Source: Candidatus Hydrogenedentota bacterium
GTDB taxonomy: Bacteria > Hydrogenedentota > Hydrogenedentia > Hydrogenedentales > SLHB01
Length of the DNA stretch: 64,000 bases
Reading direction: 5' to 3'
Assembly: GCA_963674865.2 (NCBI GenBank)
Contig: CAXXYE010000001.1
Location: 128,001-192,000 of the forward strand
This document shows positions 60,881 to 64,000 of this stretch, piece by piece. Within the stretch, counting starts at the first letter, position 1. Each line of letters begins with the position of its first letter. A program made the translations under genes and the position numbers. The notes beneath the pieces were generated by a model. That model was not told the origin of the DNA, ran no database searches, and saw only the letters and a program-made list of their open reading frames with translations.

Positions 60881-61693
60881 CTACACCGCCAGTTGCTCGA
60901 CGATCTGCAGAATGATGCCCACCACGGCCGCCGCCAGGCCGCATGATAGCGCGAGCGCATACAGCGCCAGGCCCGCCTGAATAACGCGCTTCAGCGTCTT
61001 GTCCCAGTCATTCGCCAGCGGCAGCGCGGCCAACACCGACAGCGGCAAGAGAAACATCAGCGCCCAGACGAAAAGACTTGCCCCGTTCTCTTCGAGCCAG
61101 TTCCATTTCTCAAGCGGCGCAAGCTCCTGGGCCATCACCGCCGTGTAGAGGCGGTGCAACAGCGATACCAGCAGCTTGGTTCCCACGTGGAAAGCTATCG
61201 TGGCCGCCAGGATTCCCAGCGGGAAGGCCACCAGGCGGGCCTTATCGACCGCGGGCAGGTTTTCATCCTCCGACGTCAAGTACATCTCGAGATACGCCGC
61301 CAGATACGCCATGATCGCCAACGGCCCCGTCACGAGCCCGAGCACGAACGCCACAAGGCGAACCAGCCGCGCGTCCCACCCAAAGCGCTCGGCAATGCCC
61401 CCGCACACGCCCAGCCAAACGCGGCCATCGGCGGATAACGCCATCCCTTCCGATGCGCCTTCCTTGGTGAGCTTTGCCGCCTCAGCGTTAGCCGCCGCTG
61501 CACAGCGCGTCAACACGGCGTCGACCTCTTCATCGTGCGGCGGGCGCGTGAAATGCTTGAACTCGCTCTGAATCCGCCCTTTCAGGCGTAATACGAGCAG
61601 ATCCCGCGCCTTCGGTGGAAGCCGGTTGAACCGTTCACCCGCCGTCCGGAGAAAGACAGCGATCTGCCGTTCCTGTTTCTGCGTGAACTGCAT
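60881..61693 (-). CDS. PspC domain membrane protein
   Basis: WLGVCGGIAERFGWDARLVRL followed by extra TM helices. Confidence 0.8.
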   Translation of the reverse strand: MQFTQKQERQIAVFLRTAGERFNRLPPKARDLLVLRLKGRIQSEFKHFTRPPHDEEVDAVLTRCAAAANAEAAKLTKEGASEGMALSADGRVWLGVCGGIAERFGWDARLVRLVAFVLGLVTGPLAIMAYLAAYLEMYLTSEDENLPAVDKARLVAFPLGILAATIAFHVGTKLLVSLLHRLYTAVMAQELAPLEKWNWLEENGASLFVWALMFLLPLSVLAALPLANDWDKTLKRVIQAGLALYALALSCGLAAAVVGIILQIVEQLAV

Positions 61694-61843
61694 CGTCCCC
61701 TCGAGCCTTGCACGCAGTATACCGCACGCCTTCGTGGTTTGGAAACCGTGAGGCGGGCCGGGCAGGTTCTCGCCACGCAACGCCTGGGGCGCGGGGCGGC
61801 CCTTGGCGGCCACCCCGCGCCCTTGGCGTTTCAGTGGCGTGTC

Positions 61844-63004
61844 CTAGACCTGACTCACACGGGCGGCGCGCAATTCGCGGATGATGGCGGCCAGTTCGGC
61901 ATCGGAAACCGGGCCGCATTTCGCTTCGGACGCCTGGATAACCGTCTGATACACGGCTTCTACCTCGTCGGCGGCCAACGCGCAGCCTATGGACTGCGCC
62001 TGGTGTGCCACGCCGCGGCGGCCTGAGCGGCCCGTCAGGACGAACTGGTGTCCCGCGGCGTCTACCATGCTCGGCGGGACGCTCTCGTACGTGCGCGGAT
62101 CCTTGACGATGCCGTCCTGGTGGATGCCCGCGCTGTGGGCGAAGGCATTGGCTCCGACGACGGCGCGGTTCGGCTGCACCGGCACGCCCGTGACTTCGGA
62201 CACGCGCCGGCTCAAGGCGCTGACGTGCGACAGATCCAGGCCCGTCTCGGCGATGCCTTTGACCGCCAACACGACGCCTACCTCTTCGACGGCGGCGTTG
62301 CCTGCGCGCTCGCCGATGCCGTTCACGGTTACCTCCACCTGCGTCGCGCCGCTCTCGACGGCGGCCACAGTATTGGCCGTGGCCATGCCCATATCGTTGT
62401 GGCAGTGGGCGGATACGATGACGCCGGGCGGGACAAATGCCGCCACGTCGCGGATCACGGCGCCGAATTCGGCCGGGATGGCGCAGCCCACGGTGTCGGC
62501 GACGTTGATGCGACTCGCCCCTTCCGCCACGGCTGCGCTGATGCATTGCCGCAGGAAGGGCCGCTCCGTGCGGGAGGCGTCCTCGGGCGTGAACTGGACA
62601 ACCTCTGCTTTACCGCGGGCGTAGGCGACGGAGCGCTCGATGGCACGGATGACGTCCGCGCGGCTCATTCCCAGCTTCTTCTCCCGGTGAATATCCGACG
62701 TGCCGATGAAGACGTGGATTACCGGACGGGCGGCTCCGCGCAGGGCCGCTGCCGCCGCGTCGATATCCTCCCGTTTGCACCGCGCGAACGCGGCCACCTC
62801 GGCCTTTCGCACGACTTGGGCCACGCGGCTCACCGCGTCGAAATCCCCCGGCGACGACACTGGAAAGCCCGCCTCGATGGTGGCCACGCCGAAGGCCTCC
62901 AGCCGTTCGGCGATCTCGACCTTCTGCTCCGGTGTTATGTGGACGCCGGGCGTCTGCTCCCCGTCTCGCAAGGTGGTGTCGAATACATATACGCGCTTAG
63001 ACAT
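61844..63004 (-). CDS. leuA: 2-isopropylmalate synthase, short form without the C-terminal regulatory domain
   Basis: DTTLRDGEQ, HCHND, GIGERAGN, HSAGIHQDG; 386 aa; Leu attenuator upstream. Confidence 0.8.
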   Translation of the reverse strand: MSKRVYVFDTTLRDGEQTPGVHITPEQKVEIAERLEAFGVATIEAGFPVSSPGDFDAVSRVAQVVRKAEVAAFARCKREDIDAAAAALRGAARPVIHVFIGTSDIHREKKLGMSRADVIRAIERSVAYARGKAEVVQFTPEDASRTERPFLRQCISAAVAEGASRINVADTVGCAIPAEFGAVIRDVAAFVPPGVIVSAHCHNDMGMATANTVAAVESGATQVEVTVNGIGERAGNAAVEEVGVVLAVKGIAETGLDLSHVSALSRRVSEVTGVPVQPNRAVVGANAFAHSAGIHQDGIVKDPRTYESVPPSMVDAAGHQFVLTGRSGRRGVAHQAQSIGCALAADEVEAVYQTVIQASEAKCGPVSDAELAAIIRELRAARVSQV

Positions 63005-63204
63005 GACAAAACTCCTTTGTGTGATGTGCTATTCCATTGACAAGGCAATCCCATCGCACAAAGGGCCAAGCGCTCGGATCGTAGGCCAGCAAGCCCCGAT
63101 TCCATGTAACACCACCTCCTCTCAATCCGCGCTTTCCGGCCTCTCGCAGCGGAAACCATCCCGCCGCTTGGCCGTGCGCCGCGACGCGTAACGTCGACGC
63201 GTCC

Positions 63205-63245
63205 AAAAAAGCTGAGGCCACGAACCCGTCTGGGCTCGTGGCCTC
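63205..63245 (-). terminator. Attenuator terminator of the leu leader
   Basis: Minus strand GAGGCCACGAGCCC-AGAC-GGGTTCGTGGCCTC-AGC-TTTTTT. Confidence 0.9.
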
Positions 63246-63275
63246 TGTATTCCAAACCCCGTTAGGGGGTGACGA

Positions 63276-63359
63276 TCAACGAATTCGAGGCATAACGAGC
63301 CTGCCTTCCTCCGCGAGGAGGAGTGGGAGTAGCAGGCCTATATGCTTCGAATTGCGCAC
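63276..63359 (-). CDS. leuL: Leu leader peptide (27 aa)
   Basis: AGAGGA RBS, GTG start, MRNSKHIGLLLPLLLAEEGRLVMPRIR*; includes a rare CTA codon; GGCTCGT can pair with the terminator 5' arm. Confidence 0.85.
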   Translation of the reverse strand: MRNSKHIGLLLPLLLAEEGRLVMPRIR

Positions 63360-63463
63360 TGATTACTTCCTCTTTGCCGGAAATGTACCACGTATCGGGC
63401 CGTAAACGCAAATTGATTGTCTTGATACACAATCACTTCCTGAAAACACCGACAGCGCCTCGA

Positions 63464-64000
63464 CTATGCCGGGGTGCGCCGCCGTCGCCGCGCGAGCATG
63501 AAGACTGTCATCGCCGTTGCCAGCACAACCAAGGCGTCTCCAAGCTCTCTCCCGGACGGCGGCGCCGCTCCATCCACCAACTGTGCGGCGGCGCAGCCGC
63601 CCGAGGCCTGGCCATCCCCTTCCCCCAAGAACGGCACGAAATCTACCTCCCCCGCCATCTTGGAGGCGATTTCGGACTCGTCGTACGCGCCCCAGTCATT
63701 GTTCTCGGCCTGTGTGCGCTCCGTGCTAGCGTTCATCACGAGGTTCCCGAACACATTTCGGAAGGTGTTATAGCCCGTCGTACTTGTCCTTCGCGCATCG
63801 CCAAGCATGGGCGTCTCGATGGACTCGCCTGCCTTCAACACATCCGGCAGACGTACGAAAACCGCGTCGCTTCTGATTCCCTCGAAGGCGGTATCCGTGA
63901 TATTCACGCCCGAGTTGACGGCCTGGATGCCGAAGTCGAGCCGGCGAAAGGTGCAATCCTCGACAACAGATGCCGACGACGCTGTTCCCGAGATCAACAT
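63464..64000 (-). CDS. 3' part of a beta-helix-like surface protein with a C-terminal GGC-TM-Arg sorting tail (partial)
   Basis: AENNDWG...VDFVPFL, then SGGC, a TM helix and RRRRR. Confidence 0.7.
   Translation of the reverse strand: MLISGTASSASVVEDCTFRRLDFGIQAVNSGVNITDTAFEGIRSDAVFVRLPDVLKAGESIETPMLGDARRTSTTGYNTFRNVFGNLVMNASTERTQAENNDWGAYDESEIASKMAGEVDFVPFLGEGDGQASGGCAAAQLVDGAAPPSGRELGDALVVLATAMTVFMLARRRRRTPA

Overview
GC-rich bacterial chromosomal window from an anaerobe. The gene content (BACON lipoprotein, DUF1501/DUF1549-1553/PPC trio, giant PQQ-propeller protein, URO-D family, C-terminal GGC-TM-Arg tail) suggests a Ca. Hydrogenedentota- or PVC-like organism; this taxonomy is inference only. 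Main blocks: (1) a 1559-aa BACON/vWA surface lipoprotein; (2) an energy island with a 56-aa 2[4Fe-4S] ferredoxin missed by the ORF track, PFOR, a divergent rnfBCDGEA and a 4-Cys single-TM micro-protein resembling NqrM; (3) a cluster of catabolic hydrolases; (4) aroB and adh; (5) a YtrA/GntR-ABC locus with two copies of a [double-TMD permease + GspG-like-tail membrane protein] module, two matching promoter/operator sites and nested REP/MITE-like elements, with one permease copy broken by an in-frame TGA; (6) a DUF1549/1553-DUF1501-PPC operon lacking the usual CxxCH motif; (7) a frameshifted ~1700-aa PQQ/methyltransferase-like/malectin protein followed by a mixed gene run ending in glgX; (8) a short leuA preceded by a clear Leu-leader attenuator. 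No rRNA, tRNA, CRISPR array or transposase was seen. All product calls come from motif recognition by eye; no searches were run.
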